From an uncultured Rhodobacterales bacterium (GTDB taxonomy: Bacteria > Pseudomonadota > Alphaproteobacteria > Rhodobacterales > Rhodobacteraceae): 47,078 nt of DNA. Numbering within the stretch: the first letter of the stretch is position 1; each line of letters opens with the position of its first letter. The notes beneath the pieces were generated by a model. That model searched no databases. It had not been told where the DNA came from and saw only the letters and a program-made list of their open reading frames with translations. This document shows positions 1 to 9,405 of the stretch, piece by piece. The stretch covers positions 1 to 47,078 of the forward strand of contig CAZQMR010000001.1 of the NCBI GenBank assembly GCA_964594465.1, in the 5' to 3' direction. The position numbers and the translations under genes were made by a program.

Positions 1-10
1 CGTGCCATTC

Positions 11-1186
11 CTAGCGCCCCCATGCCGTTTGTATCAGGTCTTCAATCTCGCCATTTACCGCATTCAGGCTTTCCATCGCCCGCTCATAGGTCGCGCGCGT
101 AAACTGGCCCTTCTCGATCTCATAAAGCGTCTGCTTGGTGATCCCCGCATCGGAAATTGCCGTACTTTTCAGCGCTGTGTGATTGAGCACATGCTCTCCA
201 AACATCGAGCGCATGAACGAAACCATCTGGTTCTGCGGCCCATCCCCCGGCTCGTACCGCGTCACAACATAGCGCAACCAATCATAGCTCATATCGCCGC
301 CAGCCTCGGCCACAACGCCCAGTAAGTTCGAGGTCATCAGCAAAAACTGACACATGCTCATCACATCCAACATTTGCGGATGCACGGTCACCAACACCGC
401 CGTGGCCGCAGAAAGCGCACTCATGGTCAAAAAGCCAAGTTGGGGTGGGCAGTCAATCACAACCAGATCATACTCCTGCTCAACCTCCGCCAGCTTGTCG
501 CCCACGCGGGTGAAAAACAGCGCCCCCTGACGCTCGGCAATCGCCGCCGGGGTCTCATGCTCAAATTCCATCAGGTCCAGATTGCCCGGTATGATATCCA
601 AACCGGCAAAATAGGTTTTTTGGATCACATCGCTCAGCGGCACCGGATCCTCATAGCGGATCGCATCGTAAAGTGTGCCGCCATCAAGCAGATCAAATTC
701 CGGCTGATAGCCATGCAACGCCGAAAAGCTTGCCTGCGGGTCCAGATCAATCGCCAAAACGCGATACCCATCCAGCGCCGCCTTTTGCGCCAGATGCGCG
801 GCAGTTGTTGTCTTGCCAGAGCCGCCCTTGAAATTGATCACCGTGACCACCTGCAAATGATCACCCTCACGACGCCCCGGCAGATACGTCCCCGGTGTCT
901 TGGCGCCTTTTTCGAGATATTCCCGCAGTTCGTGGATGTCCTCGGGCGAGTAAAACCGCCGCCCGCCTGCACGAGTTTCGGGCGAGGGGCCTTTGCCATC
1001 AAGGCTCAGCTTGCGCAAATAGGCATCCTTCACGCCAAGCAAATCCGCGACCTCACCGGACGTGAATTTTCTCAGCTCTCGTTGAGCGTTTGGCGGAAAC
1101 AATTGCTCACGATGCGCCTGTAGACGCGCCGACAATTTTTCTGCATGCTCCCCGACAAGCTGGTCGATCCGCTCGTTCTTGCGCAT
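11..1186 (-). CDS. repA: RepA, the ParA-type partition ATPase of a repABC plasmid/chromid replication-partition operon
   Basis: 391-aa ORF. Deviant Walker A 'NFKGGSGKTTTAAHLA', 'VLAIDLDPQ', and Walker B-like 'YDLVVIDCPPQLG'. The ~110-aa N-terminal extension with HTH-like 'FTSGEVADLLGV' is typical of repABC RepA. The ORF ends 10 nt from the window edge, so repB/repC would lie off-window. Confidence 0.85.
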   Translation of the reverse strand: MRKNERIDQLVGEHAEKLSARLQAHREQLFPPNAQRELRKFTSGEVADLLGVKDAYLRKLSLDGKGPSPETRAGGRRFYSPEDIHELREYLEKGAKTPGTYLPGRREGDHLQVVTVINFKGGSGKTTTAAHLAQKAALDGYRVLAIDLDPQASFSALHGYQPEFDLLDGGTLYDAIRYEDPVPLSDVIQKTYFAGLDIIPGNLDLMEFEHETPAAIAERQGALFFTRVGDKLAEVEQEYDLVVIDCPPQLGFLTMSALSAATAVLVTVHPQMLDVMSMCQFLLMTSNLLGVVAEAGGDMSYDWLRYVVTRYEPGDGPQNQMVSFMRSMFGEHVLNHTALKSTAISDAGITKQTLYEIEKGQFTRATYERAMESLNAVNGEIEDLIQTAWGR

Positions 1187-1209
1187 TATATGCCTCTGAC
1201 TGCCCAGTC

Positions 1210-1282
1210 TATTACCGCTGATTGCGCTCGATTTTATCTAGCGTAAGTTACGGTAAAAGCCGTTTTGTTCTCTTATTACCGT
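1210..1282. promoter_or_regulatory. Repeat cluster upstream of repA; possible RepA/RepB operator or partition site
   Basis: Direct repeat TATTACCG at 1210-1217 and 1274-1281. Inverted partner ACGGTAA at 1250-1256 facing TTACCGT at 1276-1282. Lies 25-95 nt upstream of the repA start codon. Confidence 0.3.
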
Positions 1283-1524
1283 ATTTAATGGCGCTATCTA
1301 ACGATTCCTGCAAGGTTTTTTTCGCCGCTTGGCCGTATCGCCCGTTCTGTCGCGTCGTTTCGCTGCAACAAAGCCGCTGTGGGCGTTTCATCCATCAGGC
1401 CGATGCCGTAGTGCAAAAAAGGCCAATTATTCTGAATCTACGATATTTTCTATTGCGACAAGATACCTGTGGAGTGCAGGATTTCGCGTCTGAAATTGTC
1501 CACATTAGAAGACGTGAAACCACA

Positions 1525-2361
1525 ATGCCAAATCGCACAAACACATCACTACCGATGCGGGCCTGGAATATCCGCCGTCATGCTTTGCGCATGGGCGAGG
1601 TTCAGGGCCAAGGCTATATCGGTCAGGCGCTGGGGTTTGCAGATACATTGGCAACGCTATATTTCCACGCTGCAACATACCGCGCGCAGTCGCCCGACTG
1701 GGAAGGGCGCGACCGTATTTACCTGTCCATCGGTCATTATGCGATTGCGCTTTACGCGGCGCTTATTGAGGCCGGCGTGTTGCCCGAAGAAGAGCTTCAG
1801 ACCTATGGAATGGATGACAGCCGAATGCCGATGTCCGGCATGGCGAGTTACACACCAGGGATGGAGATCACAGGTGGATCCTTGGGGCAGGGGCTTGGGA
1901 TTGCTGTTGGCGCTGCCCTCGGGCTGAAGCGAAAGCGCAATCCGGCTTTTGTTTTCAATATGATGTCGGATGGTGAGTTGGGTGAGGGGTCAACATGGGA
2001 GGCCGTGATGTCTGCCACGCAATGGCAGTTGGACAACCTGATTTGCGTTGTGGATTTCAACAATCAGCAAGCCGATGGGCATTCAACGGACGCATTGGCG
2101 ATCGGACCCGAAGCGCCAAAATGGGAGGCGTTTGGATGGTTTGCGCAAGAAATCGACGGCAATGATTTGACTGCGCTGGTTGAGGCATTTGACAAAGCCC
2201 GTGCGCTGGCTGAGCCAAAGCCACGGGTGATCATCTGCCACACCAAAATGTGCAAGGGCGTGGATTTTCTTGAAGCCAGAGAGATGAACCATTTCGTGCG
2301 GGTCGAGGCCGATGAATGGAAGCTGGCATTGGAGAAACTGGACCAAGGCCGCCCGCAATGA
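1525..2361 (+). CDS. Transketolase, N-terminal (ThDP/PP-domain) subunit of a split transketolase (copy 1, divergent)
   Basis: ATG at 1525 within ORF 1222-2361. ThDP-binding motif 'SDGELGEGSTWEAV...NLICVVDFNN', plus 'SIGHYAIALYAAL' and 'GGSLGQGLGIAVGAA'. ATGA stop/start overlap with the next gene. Confidence 0.85.
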   Translation: MPNRTNTSLPMRAWNIRRHALRMGEVQGQGYIGQALGFADTLATLYFHAATYRAQSPDWEGRDRIYLSIGHYAIALYAALIEAGVLPEEELQTYGMDDSRMPMSGMASYTPGMEITGGSLGQGLGIAVGAALGLKRKRNPAFVFNMMSDGELGEGSTWEAVMSATQWQLDNLICVVDFNNQQADGHSTDALAIGPEAPKWEAFGWFAQEIDGNDLTALVEAFDKARALAEPKPRVIICHTKMCKGVDFLEAREMNHFVRVEADEWKLALEKLDQGRPQ

Positions 2362-3386
2362 CCCACGACTCCATGCGGCGTCAATTCGAGCAGCGCCAAC
2401 CGCCTCAAAAACAAGTCGCCACCTCGGCCATGATCGCCTCATTGGAGGCAGAAGGCTACGAGACAGTCTCCGCACCGTTTGGCCATGCGCTGGTTGAGGC
2501 CGCAACTCAGAACGATAAAATCGTCGGGCTTTCGGCGGATTTGTCAAAATACACCGATCTGCATGTTTTCGCCAAAGCAATGCCAGAGCGTTTCTACCAA
2601 ATGGGCATGGCTGAACAGCTCTTGTTTTCTGCGGCCTCAGGTTTGGCGCGTGAAGGCTTCATCCCGTTTGCAACCACCTATGCAGTTTTTGCCTCGCGGC
2701 GGGCTTACGATTTTATCGCCATGGCAATCGCAGAAGAAAATCTGCCGGTGAAAATCGCCTGCGCACTTCCGGGGCTTACGACCGGTTATGGCCCAAGCCA
2801 CCAAGCAACGGAAGATTTGGCGATTTTCCGTGGGCTGCCCAACATGACCATCATTGACCCCTGCGATGCCTGCGATGTCGCAGGGATGGTTCCCGCGATG
2901 ATTGAAGCGCCCGGCCCGGTTTATGCCCGTCTTTTGCGGGGCAATGTGCCAAGCGTGCTGACACGGCATAAACCCGATTACAAATTCCAACTGGGCAAAG
3001 CTCAGATGATCCGCGAGGGTCAGGATGTCTTGGTGATCTCGACTGGCCTGATGACAATGCGCGCACTGGATGCAGCGGAGCAACTAAAGGCCGACAAGAT
3101 TGATGTGGCAGTGCTCCATGTGCCGACAATCAAACCATTGGATGTCGCCACCATTTCGGCTGAAGCTGCCAAGGGTCGGCTGGTTATCACCGCAGAGAAC
3201 CACACCAGAAACGGTGGGCTCGGTGAAGCTGTGGCCAAGGAATTGATGCTTGCTGGTATCCACCCACGCTTTCGGATGATTGCGCTTCCCGATGAATTCT
3301 TGGAGGCAGGGGCATTGCCCACATTGCATGACATGTACGGTCTTTCGACGCATGCGGTGACACGACAGATCAAAGAATGGCTCTAA
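2358..3386 (+). CDS. Transketolase, C-terminal (pyrimidine-binding plus C-terminal domain) subunit (copy 1)
   Basis: ATG at 2358 overlaps the upstream TGA. 'QMGMAEQLLFSAASGLA' and 'ATTYAVFASRRAYD' are typical of split-TK B subunits. Confidence 0.85.
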   Translation: MTHDSMRRQFEQRQPPQKQVATSAMIASLEAEGYETVSAPFGHALVEAATQNDKIVGLSADLSKYTDLHVFAKAMPERFYQMGMAEQLLFSAASGLAREGFIPFATTYAVFASRRAYDFIAMAIAEENLPVKIACALPGLTTGYGPSHQATEDLAIFRGLPNMTIIDPCDACDVAGMVPAMIEAPGPVYARLLRGNVPSVLTRHKPDYKFQLGKAQMIREGQDVLVISTGLMTMRALDAAEQLKADKIDVAVLHVPTIKPLDVATISAEAAKGRLVITAENHTRNGGLGEAVAKELMLAGIHPRFRMIALPDEFLEAGALPTLHDMYGLSTHAVTRQIKEWL

Positions 3387-3414
3387 GAGCGCAACTAAAA
3401 GGGGAGGGGTATAG

Positions 3415-4170
3415 ATGTCTCTATTGGATGGAAAAATCGCAGTTGTCACGGGAGCTGCCAGTGAAAATGGTATCGGCAAGGCAATTGCTCAGCTTTTTGC
3501 AGAGCATGGGGCCCGCATTGTCATCACTGATCTCAGCGCCCAAGCCGCAGCGGCGACGGCGGCTCAACTTCCCGGTCAGGGCCATATCGGGCTTGCAGGC
3601 GATGTGACCGATCCAACGGCTTGCAACGAGGTGGCGGCCCATGTGCTTGATAAGATGGGTCGCATTGATGTGCTTGTGAACAATGCCGGCATCACCCAAC
3701 CTTTGAAGCTGATGGATATCGCACCGGAAAACTATGAGGCCGTCACAGATGTAAGCCTGCGCGGAACGCTCTATATGAGCCAATCCGTGATCCCTTCGAT
3801 GCGCGCACAAAAAAGTGGCTCAATTATCAATCTGTCTTCTGTGTCCGCTCAACGTGGTGGCGGTATTTTTGGGGGGCCGCATTATTCTGCGGCAAAGGCT
3901 GGTGTTTTGGGGCTGACCAAAGCCATGGCCCGCGAGCTGGCCCCTGACAACATTCGCTCAAATGCAATCTGTCCGGGGTTTATTTCAACTGACATCACGG
4001 CCGGGAAATTGAGCGACGAAATGCGCGCAAATGTCCTTGCGGGTATCCCGATGGGCCGCGCAGGTACTGCAACAGACGTGGCAGGATGTGCGCTGTTTCT
4101 TGCATCAAACCTGTCTGCATATTGCACCGGGACGGAAATCGACGTGAACGGCGGTTCTTTGATCCATTAA
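3415..4170 (+). CDS. Short-chain dehydrogenase/reductase (FabG-like)
   Basis: 251 aa. 'VVTGAASENGIGKAIA' Rossmann motif, 'NNAG', catalytic 'YSAAKAG', and 'PGFISTD'. Confidence 0.85.
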   Translation: MSLLDGKIAVVTGAASENGIGKAIAQLFAEHGARIVITDLSAQAAAATAAQLPGQGHIGLAGDVTDPTACNEVAAHVLDKMGRIDVLVNNAGITQPLKLMDIAPENYEAVTDVSLRGTLYMSQSVIPSMRAQKSGSIINLSSVSAQRGGGIFGGPHYSAAKAGVLGLTKAMARELAPDNIRSNAICPGFISTDITAGKLSDEMRANVLAGIPMGRAGTATDVAGCALFLASNLSAYCTGTEIDVNGGSLIH

Positions 4171-4436
4171 GTCGGCCCACTGGCCATCCTGCATATCCCA
4201 TCGACCAGCCGCTTGGGAAAATCTTGGAAATCCGCGAAAGCGCATCGCTAAATGCAACGTGAGAGTGCAAAAACAGCGGTTACATTTACATATGGCGCTC
4301 AAAATTTAGACAGCAAAACACACAAAGCACAATTCATTAGCTTTGTTGCCCGCCGTTTAGCATAGCTTTGGAATTCGATTGCCACTTTGGGCTCATCTAG
4401 TAACGTCTGCTCTGATAAAAATACTGGGAGCATCTT

Positions 4437-5441
4437 ATGCCTTTTAAATCACTGGTGGCACTCGCCGCCCTCACCTTTGCCACGTCAGCCATGGCTGATA
4501 CGGACATGCCGTTTGCGCTGGATTGGAAGTTTGAGGGGCCCTCGGCACCTTATTTCCATGCTCTGGACGCGGGCTATTTTGCAGCGTCTGATTTGAATGT
4601 GACAATCAGCGAAGGGCGTGGCTCCTTGGATGCGATCCCAAAGGTTGCCACTGGCGCATTTCCTGTAGGTTTTGCCGACATCAATTCCCTGATGCGCTTC
4701 CTTGATCAGAACCCGGGCGCGCCCGTGACTGCTGTGATGATGGTGTATGACAAGCCGCCTTTTGCGGTGGTGGGGCGAAAGTCATTGGGTGTTGCCGCGC
4801 CTGCTGATCTGGAAGGCAAAGTGCTTGGCGCACCGCCCCCGGATGGCGCGTGGGCTCAATTCCCGATCTTTGCTGCTGAAACCGGCATTGATCCAACCGC
4901 GATTAAAGTAGAGCCAGTTGGCTTTCCGACCCGTGAACCGATGCTGGCAGAAGGCAATGTTGCTGCGATTACCGGGTTTTCGTTTTCCTCTACGCTCAAT
5001 CTAAAGCGCTTGGGCGTACCGGCTGACGACATCTCGGTGCTTTTGATGGCCGATTTTGGTGTGGATCTTTATGGCAATGCGATCATCGTAAACACTGACT
5101 TTGCCAGCGCAAATCCTGATGCGATTAAGGGCTTTTTGTCAGCCATTGGCAAAGGTTGGAAGGATGCGATTGGCTCTCCTGAGACTGCGATTGCAGCCTT
5201 GATGAAGCGCAATCCGGCCGCAGATGCTGCGCTTGAGACAGAGCGCTTGCAGATGGCAATCGACGCCAATGTGCTGACTGAATTTGTGCAGGCCAATGGC
5301 ATGGGCACAGTTGATGCAGGGCGTATGGCGAGCGCGATTGAGCAAACAAAATCAGTCTATGAATTCAACTCAGCACCTGATGCGGCGCTTTATTTTGACG
5401 ACAGTTACTTGCCAACCGATGGGTCTTTGGTTCTTAAGTAA
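4437..5441 (+). CDS. ABC transporter periplasmic substrate-binding protein, NMT1/THI5-like (NitT/TauT family)
   Basis: 334 aa. Signal peptide 'MPFKSLVALAALTFATSAMA'. Followed by a cognate NitT/TauT-type ATPase and permease. Confidence 0.75.
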   Translation: MPFKSLVALAALTFATSAMADTDMPFALDWKFEGPSAPYFHALDAGYFAASDLNVTISEGRGSLDAIPKVATGAFPVGFADINSLMRFLDQNPGAPVTAVMMVYDKPPFAVVGRKSLGVAAPADLEGKVLGAPPPDGAWAQFPIFAAETGIDPTAIKVEPVGFPTREPMLAEGNVAAITGFSFSSTLNLKRLGVPADDISVLLMADFGVDLYGNAIIVNTDFASANPDAIKGFLSAIGKGWKDAIGSPETAIAALMKRNPAADAALETERLQMAIDANVLTEFVQANGMGTVDAGRMASAIEQTKSVYEFNSAPDAALYFDDSYLPTDGSLVLK

Positions 5442-5455
5442 CCCAACGACGAGAA

Positions 5456-6295
5456 TTGAACGGGCCGCCGTATCATCGGCGGCCCGCTGCTATTGGGGGT
5501 CTGAAGATCGAAAACCTCATTGATATTAAAGCTGTAACCCATGCCTATTCCACGGATAGCGGCCCACTGCCGGTGTTGGATGGTTTGGATGTATCTGTGC
5601 CAGAAGGCTCGTTTGCTGCGGTTGTTGGGCCTTCGGGCTGCGGAAAATCAACGCTGACACGCCTTGTTGCAGGGTTGCTGAAACCAGATGAAGGCGAGGT
5701 TTGGCTTAAGGGCGAACGTGTCACGGGGCCGCGCAAAACCGTGGGCATGGCCTTCCAGAACCCGGTGCTGCTGGAATGGCGCACGATCATTGATAACATC
5801 ATCCTACCCCTTGAAATCGTAGCGCCAGGCATGTCCCGCAAGAGCCGCGTGGATCGCGCGATGGAGCTTTTGGATATGGTGGGGCTGACGGGTTTTGGCG
5901 ACAAGAAACCGTCTGAGCTATCCGGGGGGATGCGTCAGCGTGCCTCCCTGTGTCGCTCGATCGTTCATAAGCCCGAAGTACTGATCATGGACGAGCCTTT
6001 CGGTGCGCTTGATGCCTTCACCCGCGAAGACCTGTGGCAAACCATGCGTGACTTGCGCCGGGCGGAGCCCTTTACCGCCGTTCTGATCACCCATGATTTG
6101 CGCGAGAGTGTGTATTTGGGAGACCAAGTGGTTGTGCTGTCAGGTCGGCCTGCCCGCACGCAATACGTTATGGACATCGATTTGCCTGAGGATCGTAGTT
6201 TGGACGTGCTTTACACGCCTAAGGTGGCGGACATGCTGAGTATTTTGCGCGACCAAATCAAAATCGCTCAGGGCCGTGACGGAGACCTTCACTGA
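5456..6295 (+). CDS. ABC transporter ATP-binding protein (NitT/TauT family)
   Basis: Walker A 'GPSGCGKST', signature 'LSGGMRQR', Walker B 'LIMDEPFGALD'. The start is uncertain: the TTG at 5456 lies inside or just upstream of the hairpin, so the real start may be downstream (for example CTG 5501). Confidence 0.8.
   Translation: MNGPPYHRRPAAIGGLKIENLIDIKAVTHAYSTDSGPLPVLDGLDVSVPEGSFAAVVGPSGCGKSTLTRLVAGLLKPDEGEVWLKGERVTGPRKTVGMAFQNPVLLEWRTIIDNIILPLEIVAPGMSRKSRVDRAMELLDMVGLTGFGDKKPSELSGGMRQRASLCRSIVHKPEVLIMDEPFGALDAFTREDLWQTMRDLRRAEPFTAVLITHDLRESVYLGDQVVVLSGRPARTQYVMDIDLPEDRSLDVLYTPKVADMLSILRDQIKIAQGRDGDLH
5462..5485 (+). promoter_or_regulatory. Intercistronic GC stem-loop after the SBP gene (no U-tract)
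   Basis: Perfect 9-bp stem GGGCCGCCG (5462-5470) / CGGCGGCCC (5477-5485) with loop TATCAT. Confidence 0.5.
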
Positions 6296-7053
6296 TGCTG
6301 CGCAAAATAGCTGTGCCATTGCTGGCAGTTTTGATTTTTCTGGGGTTATGGGAGGCGCTCGTCTGGGTGAACAATTGGCCAAATTACAAGATGGCCTCCC
6401 CTTCGGATCTGCCGCCTGCGTTTTGGAAATACAAGCATCTGTTTTTAGAAATGGGTTGGCAAACGCTCTGGCGCACTGTGGCGGGCCTGATGCTTGCGGT
6501 TCTTTTTGGCACAGCCATTGGCATCATCATTGGGTTTTCAAAGATCGCGCGGGATGCGCTTTATCCCTTGCTGGTTGGGTTTAATGCAATTCCAAAGGCC
6601 ACTCTGGTGCCGGTGATTTCACTGATTTTCATTGGGCAGCATGATTTCAACACGGTTCTTATGGCTTTCATGATCTCATTTTTTCCAATCGCGGTATCGG
6701 TTGGCATTGGTCTGTCAACGCTGGAACCTGAGTATCGCGATATCCTGCGTGCGCTGGGGGCGTCACGCTTTGCAATTTTCTGGAAGATTGCGCTCCCCAA
6801 AACGTTGCCGGAGTTTTTTGGTGCGTTGAAAGTTTCGGCAACTCTGGCGTTTATCGGAACCAATTTGGTCGAGATCGTTAGCCCGCACGGACGAGGCCTA
6901 GGTGCGCTGTTCAAATCGGGAGAAACAAATGGCGACTACCCATTGATGTTCGCCGTGCTCATAGCGTTGGCGTTTCTGGGGATCGTTTTATACTACGCGG
7001 TGATCGTATTGGAGCGGCACTTTGCGGGCTGGGCCGAGCGCGAATCCAACTGA
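6295..7053 (+). CDS. ABC transporter permease (NitT/TauT family)
   Basis: 252 aa, multi-TM. EAA-like loop 'ILRALGASRFAIFWKIALPKTLPEF'. Its ATG overlaps the upstream TGA. Confidence 0.85.
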   Translation: MLRKIAVPLLAVLIFLGLWEALVWVNNWPNYKMASPSDLPPAFWKYKHLFLEMGWQTLWRTVAGLMLAVLFGTAIGIIIGFSKIARDALYPLLVGFNAIPKATLVPVISLIFIGQHDFNTVLMAFMISFFPIAVSVGIGLSTLEPEYRDILRALGASRFAIFWKIALPKTLPEFFGALKVSATLAFIGTNLVEIVSPHGRGLGALFKSGETNGDYPLMFAVLIALAFLGIVLYYAVIVLERHFAGWAERESN

Positions 7054-7107
7054 TCGCTTCACGCTTGGATCGGCGCATTGGTGCGGGCTTAACCTATACA
7101 GTAGAAT

Positions 7108-7563
7108 TTAATTGGCGTTGTACTTTTGATCCACGTCGTCGATTGCTTGAACATTTGCGGCAGAGCGCCCCTCTGGATCAAAGGAGCTTTCGAGATATGC
7201 ATCCACGATCGTCTTGGCCAATTCTGCAGCTATCGTGCGCGCGCCGATTGTTATGATCTGAGCATTGTTTGATGTCGCGGCTTTTCCGGCTGAATATGCA
7301 TCGCTTACCAAGGCGGCTCGGATACCCGGCACTTTGTTGGCAGAAATGCAGACGCCGATGCCAGTCCCACACACGAGGATAGCGCGGTCGTAGGTTTTGT
7401 TCAGGACCCCTTGCGAAACGCGATCGGACAGATCGGCATAAAAGGCGTCCGGACCGCTTTGGGTATGCGAGATTTCGGAAACGTCGAACCGCTGGCTCAG
7501 GTAGTCAGCCAATTCGCGCGCTAGGATTTCTCCGGCGCTGTCACCCGCAACTGCAAGTTTCAT
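7108..7563 (-). CDS. rpiB: RpiB/LacA/LacB-family sugar-phosphate isomerase (candidate erythrulose-4-P/erythrose-4-P isomerase)
   Basis: ATG at 7563 preceded by AGGAG. '[14 protein letters not shown]' and '[12 protein letters not shown]'. ATGA overlap (7560-7563) with the upstream TIM-like gene. Confidence 0.85.
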   Translation of the reverse strand: MKLAVAGDSAGEILARELADYLSQRFDVSEISHTQSGPDAFYADLSDRVSQGVLNKTYDRAILVCGTGIGVCISANKVPGIRAALVSDAYSAGKAATSNNAQIITIGARTIAAELAKTIVDAYLESSFDPEGRSAANVQAIDDVDQKYNAN

Positions 7564-8330
7564 TTCTGTCTCCTTAGGGTGTCTGTGCAAAGTCCAAGAA
7601 TTTCTAGATAACCATCAATGTTCCAAGCGGATCGCCCGATGAACAGCCCATCAATGTTTGGGCAGTTTATGAGCTCTTGGCAATTCGTTGGGTTCACCGA
7701 CCCGCCATAGAGGCAGGGGATCCGGTGGCCCAAAAGCTCTTGCGCAACTGCAATAATCTCTTCGTGTTTTTCGTCGGCGTAGTCAGAGGTTGCCGGGATA
7801 CCGCCGTCGCCGATCGCCCAGACGGGTTCGTAGGCCAGCAGCACCTGTGCATTCGGCTTGAGCGTGGAAATGCCAGACAAGGCAGCGCTAACTTGCTTGC
7901 GCAGGACTTTGCTTGCGTCTCCCGCTTCGCGTTCTTCAAGTGTTTCGCCGATGCAAATCAATGGGATCAATCCATTTCGCACGGCGGCGGCGGCCTTTAG
8001 TCCTACGGTCGTATCAGTTTCGCCAAAATGCGCTCTGCGTTCTGAATGACCCAGTTCTACGATTTCAGCGCCGCAATCCGCGACCATCAGGGGCGAAATT
8101 TCGCCGGTCCACGCCCCTTGGTCTTCCCAGTGCATGTTTTGCACCCCGACCTTGATCGACGTGTCCGACAGAATGCTTGCGACCTCGCGCACGGCCGTAA
8201 ATGGCGGTATGACGAAACGCTGAATTTTGGTGTCATCATTGCCACTCAGACGCAATCCTTGGGCAAAGGTTTGCGCCTGTGCCAATGTTTTGTTCATCTT
8301 CCAACTGGTGCCGATCCAGAAGTCTGCCAC
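7560..8330 (-). CDS. tpiA: Triosephosphate isomerase family protein (paralog; candidate tetrulose-phosphate isomerase)
   Basis: 'SWKMNK', 'LGHSERR' and 'AYEPVWAIG' catalytic motifs. The ORF extends to the TTG at 8351. GTG at 8330 (preceded by GGTGGA) gives the usual N-terminal length, so the start is uncertain. Confidence 0.8.
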   Translation of the reverse strand: MADFWIGTSWKMNKTLAQAQTFAQGLRLSGNDDTKIQRFVIPPFTAVREVASILSDTSIKVGVQNMHWEDQGAWTGEISPLMVADCGAEIVELGHSERRAHFGETDTTVGLKAAAAVRNGLIPLICIGETLEEREAGDASKVLRKQVSAALSGISTLKPNAQVLLAYEPVWAIGDGGIPATSDYADEKHEEIIAVAQELLGHRIPCLYGGSVNPTNCQELINCPNIDGLFIGRSAWNIDGYLEILGLCTDTLRRQK

Positions 8331-8361
8331 TGAAAATTCCACCCAAGCCAATACCTATTGT

Positions 8362-8376
8362 AACTGGTATAATGAG
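8362..8376 (+). promoter_or_regulatory. Shared box copy a: AACTGGTATAATGAG (tpiA/tal divergent promoter region)
   Basis: One of six near-identical boxes found in intergenic regions. Contains the extended -10-like TGGTATAAT, oriented toward tal. Confidence 0.55.
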
Positions 8377-8447
8377 TTAGTATGGGGTTGAAAACCCGAA
8401 AACTTTCGTGGATTTAGGAACCAACCGGCCTAACCTTGGGGACCAAA

Positions 8448-9392
8448 ATGGCAAGTGCATTAGAACAATTGCGGTCAATGACCGTTGTCGTGGCAGACAC
8501 CGGCGACGTTGAGGCCGTAAAGACTTATAAACCCGTCGATTGCACAACCAATCCATCGCTGGTTTTGGCTGCACTGTCAGACCCGGCGTCTGAAGAACTG
8601 GTCGTGACGGAAATTGAATCGGGTCGAAAAACAAGCAGATCTGCAGAGCAGGTCTGTGCATCGCTCACAGTTGCAGCGGGTGCCCGGCTTGCCGCTTTGA
8701 TCCCTGGCCGCGTTTCCACGGAGGTTGATGCCTGTTTGTCGTTTGACAAAGACGCCTCTGTCGCACGTGCCCGTGACATTGTGGCAGATTATGCCCAGCG
8801 AGGGATCGACAAGGATCGCATCCTTATCAAACTTGCCTCCACATGGGAGGGCATTCGTGCTGCGGAAATTCTTCAAGACGAAGGCGTTGACTGTAACCTG
8901 ACATTGCTCTTCTCATCCGCGCAGGCTGTAGCTTGCGCCGATGCTGGTGCTTTTCTGATTTCGCCCTTTGTGGGTCGGATCACGGATTGGTACAAAAAGG
9001 CTGAAGGGCGCGACAGCTACGCCCCGGATGATGACCCGGGCGTAAAGTCTGTGCGCGGCATTTACGACTACTACAAATCCAATGGGATTAAGACTGTCGT
9101 GATGGGGGCGTCCTTCCGCAGCACCGATCAGATAAAGGCCCTAGCGGGCTGCGATAACCTGACGATTGCGCCAAAACTGTTGGATGCTTTGGAGAGCGAT
9201 CAATCGGAATTGCCGCGAATTCTGTCACCTGAAGGGGCAACAGGCGTACCAGCGATTGCGATGGATGAAGCCACGTTCCGCTGGCAGATGAACGCCGATG
9301 CTATGGCAACAGAGAAACTGGCGGAAGGGATCCGCAATTTCGACGCTGATCATCAAAAGCTAATCAAGATCATCGCAGAAAAGATGGCCTAG
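8448..9392 (+). CDS. tal: Transaldolase (TalB-type)
   Basis: 'DTGD', 'TTNPSL', Schiff-base lysine context '[11 protein letters not shown]', and 'ISPFVGRI'. ATG at 8448 inside ORF 8436-9392. Confidence 0.9.
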   Translation: MASALEQLRSMTVVVADTGDVEAVKTYKPVDCTTNPSLVLAALSDPASEELVVTEIESGRKTSRSAEQVCASLTVAAGARLAALIPGRVSTEVDACLSFDKDASVARARDIVADYAQRGIDKDRILIKLASTWEGIRAAEILQDEGVDCNLTLLFSSAQAVACADAGAFLISPFVGRITDWYKKAEGRDSYAPDDDPGVKSVRGIYDYYKSNGIKTVVMGASFRSTDQIKALAGCDNLTIAPKLLDALESDQSELPRILSPEGATGVPAIAMDEATFRWQMNADAMATEKLAEGIRNFDADHQKLIKIIAEKMA

Positions 9393-9405
9393 AGCTTAGG
9401 TCGGC

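Noticed and set aside
374-1123. 249-aa plus-strand ORF (and ORF 2-325) overlapping repA
   Set aside because: It is antisense to a strongly supported RepA gene. The sequence is Arg/His-rich and low-complexity, typical of shadow ORFs in GC-rich DNA, with no motifs.
1222-1524. 101-codon N-terminal extension of the transketolase-A ORF
   Set aside because: The extension has no transketolase similarity and covers the repA promoter region. The conserved protein begins at ATG 1525. The same reasoning was used to trim the long ORFs at 19994-21601, 28161-29192, 15229-16056, 24286-25710, 30302-31180 and 35466-36737.
1187-1524. A canonical rhizobial repABC parS palindrome (GTTNNCNGCNGNNAAC)
   Set aside because: I found no match by eye in this region, only the TTACCG-type repeats reported as a low-confidence feature.
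4171-4436. Possible TPP (THI-box) riboswitch upstream of the NMT1/THI5-like SBP gene
   Set aside because: I looked for the conserved CUGAGA and ACCUGAUCUGGAUAAUGCCAGCG-type elements and found neither, only short weak inverted repeats.
1525-9392. A sulfoglycolytic transketolase/transaldolase (sulfo-TK / sulfo-TAL) pathway, suggested by TK plus a TauT-type transporter plus RpiB and transaldolase
   Set aside because: There is no sulfoquinovosidase, SQ isomerase, sulfoacetaldehyde reductase, Xsc or sulfite exporter in the window. The tal/tpiA/rpiB genes carry the shared box of the RLP regulon and TK1 does not. This is kept only as a remote possibility under the TK1 finding.
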